Source of the DNA: Malacoraja senta | Lineage: Eukaryota | DNA: 64,000 nt | NCBI GenBank assembly: GCA_038087875.1 | Contig: CM075991.1 | Coordinates: forward strand, 13,580,001-13,644,000 | Reading direction: 5' to 3' | Shown here: one piece after another, positions 61,961 through 64,000 of the stretch | Layout of the letters: every line of letters begins with the position of its first letter | Position numbering within the stretch: the stretch's first letter is position 1 | Position numbers and translations under genes: made by a program | The notes under the pieces: model-generated | What the model was told of the DNA's origin: nothing | The model's input: the letters and a program-made list of their open reading frames with translations, nothing else | Database searches by the model: none

Positions 61961-63144
61961 AGCTAATGGAATGTTGGCCTTCATAACAAGAGGACTTCAG
62001 TATAGGAGTAAAGAGGTTCTTCTGCAGTTGTACAGGGCTCTGGTGAGACCACATCTGAGTATTGTGTACAGTTTTGGTCTCCTAATTTGAGGAAGGACAT
62101 CCTTGTGATTGAGGCAGTGCACAGCGTAGGTTCACGAGATCGATCCCTGGGATGGCGGGACTGTCATATGAGGAAAGATTGAAAAGACTAGGCTTGTATT
62201 CACTGGAGTTTAGAAGGATGAGGGGTTATCTTATAGAAACTTATAAAATTATAAAAGGACTGGACAAGCTAGATGCAGGAAAAAATGTGCCCAATGTTGG
62301 GCGAGTCCAGAACCAGGGCCACAGTCTTAGAATAAAGGGGAGGCCATTTAAGACTGAGGTGAGAAGAAACTTTTTCACCCAGAGAGTTGTGAATTTGTGG
62401 AATTCCCTGCCACAGAGGGCAGTGGAGACCAAAACACTGGATGGATTTAAGAGAGAGTTAGATAGAGCTCTAGGGGCTAGTGGAATCAAGGGATATGGGG
62501 AGAAGGCAGGCACGGGTTATTGATTGGGGACGATCAGCCATGATCACAATGAATGGTGGTGCTGGCTCGAAGCGACGAATGGCCTCCTCCTGCACCTTAT
62601 TTTCTATGTTTCTGCGTTTCTTAATAAACAGACATGCACTTACAACCCATTGAGGCCTTTGCAATTGAAGCCCTGTTTTAATTGCCTGCATTCTGCATAT
62701 TTAATGTGGTCCTTCTTGAAGATAGGATTCACAGTTCAAAACAAACAGCGGACAAACAATACATGAGTTAATTGCCTGTCCTCATGCATATTTACTTCTT
62801 GGGCTTTTGGAGACAGGATTCAACTGTCAAACACATAACGTGTGAAAGTTGTCTGCAACCTTACGTTTCCAGCTGCAAACCAAGTACAAACGTTTTATTT
62901 AATGCAAAATAAAGACCTTTCACATCAGTGAGACTGTCAATTATATTTTTGAAAAGGGAGGGAGAGGGTAAACGAGGAATTACAGACCAGTTAGTATAAC
63001 ATCGGTAGTGGGAAAACTGCAAGAGTCAGTTATTAAAGATGGGATAGCAGCACATTTGGAAAGTGGTGAAATCATTGGACAAAATCAGCATGGATTTATG
63101 AACGGTAAATCATGTCTGACAAATCTTATAGAATTTTTCGAGGA

Positions 63145-63927
63145 TAGATACATAGAAACATAGAAAATGGGTGCAGGAGTAGGCCATTCGGCCCCGAGCC
63201 TGCACCGCCATTCAATATGATCATGGCTGAATCCAACTCAGTATCCTGTACCTGCCTTCTCTCCATACCCCTGATCCCTTTAGCCACAAGGGCCACATCT
63301 AACTCCCTCTTAAATATAGCCAATGAACTGGCCTCAACTACCTTTTGTGGCAGAGAATTCCACAGATTCACCACTCTCTGTGTAAAAAATATTTTTCTCA
63401 TCTCAGTCCTAAAAGATTACCCCTTTATCCTTAAACTGTGACCCCTTGTTCTGGACTCCCCCAACATCGGGAACAATCTTCCTGCATCTAGCCTGTCCAA
63501 CCCCTTAAGAATTTTGTAAGTTTCTATAAGATCCCCCCTCAGTCTTCTAAATTCTAGCGAGTACAAGCCGAGTCTATCCAGTCTTTCCTCATACGAAAGT
63601 CCTGACATCCCAGGAATCAGTCTGGTGAACCTTATCTGTACTCTCTCTATGGCAAGAATGTCCTTCCTCAGATTAGGAGACCAAAACTGTTTCTATGTTG
63701 GGCTGATGATGCCCCAATATATCAGAATGCACTCACATGTGCATCCTGGTAAACATAGAAACATAGAAACATAGAAAACAGGTGCAGGAGAAGGCCATTC
63801 GGCCCTTCGAGCCAGCACCGCCATTCATTGTGATCATGGCTGATCGTCCCCTATCAATAACCTGTGCCTGCCTTCTCCCCATATCCCATGACTCCACCAG
63901 CCCCTAGAGCTCTATCTAACTCTCTCT
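63145..63927 (-). mobile_element. Two CR1 3' fragments (63145-63690 and 63752-63927)
   Basis: (CATAGAAA)n tails; ORFs 63126-63401 and 63417-63608. Confidence 0.85.
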
Positions 63928-64000
63928 GAGCCAAATCACCCAGGCATGTACACACATAGGCACAGACACATACATACCCACACATACACACAGACAGATA

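Larger units (their letters stand above)
57461..62610 (+). mobile_element. CR1 ORF2 (degenerate) interrupted by two PLE insertions
   Basis: Consecutive broken ORFs 57951-59679 and 62152-62523 with EN/RT motifs, then the 3' UTR. Confidence 0.9.

Overview
This is eukaryotic, repeat-dominated DNA. The mix of CR1 LINEs with octamer tails, Penelope-like elements (PLEs) and a V-domain tRNA SINE suggests a cartilaginous fish such as a skate or ray (inference). One intact host-like gene can be assembled on the + strand: three exons (13797-14027, 18694-18853, 29009-29880) giving a 420-aa Myb/SANT-like protein of the Harbinger-ORF1/NAIF1/MSANTD type. It has canonical, phase-matched splice sites, a CpG-island promoter, a GC-box minisatellite in the leader and an AATAAA signal. 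About 3.6 kb downstream and convergent lies a Harbinger transposase remnant with a candidate terminal inverted repeat. The rest is mobile DNA: many CR1 copies (one near full length), PLEs with minimal hammerhead-ribozyme-like motifs, a HERO-like REL retrotransposon, L1, Rex1/Babar and Gypsy fragments. The right half (about 33.8-63.1 kb) is a set of recent mosaic segmental duplications. These show filled versus empty insertion sites with readable target-site duplications (TSDs) and possible exon remnants of a decaying minus-strand gene. Family names come from motif recognition by eye; no database search was run.
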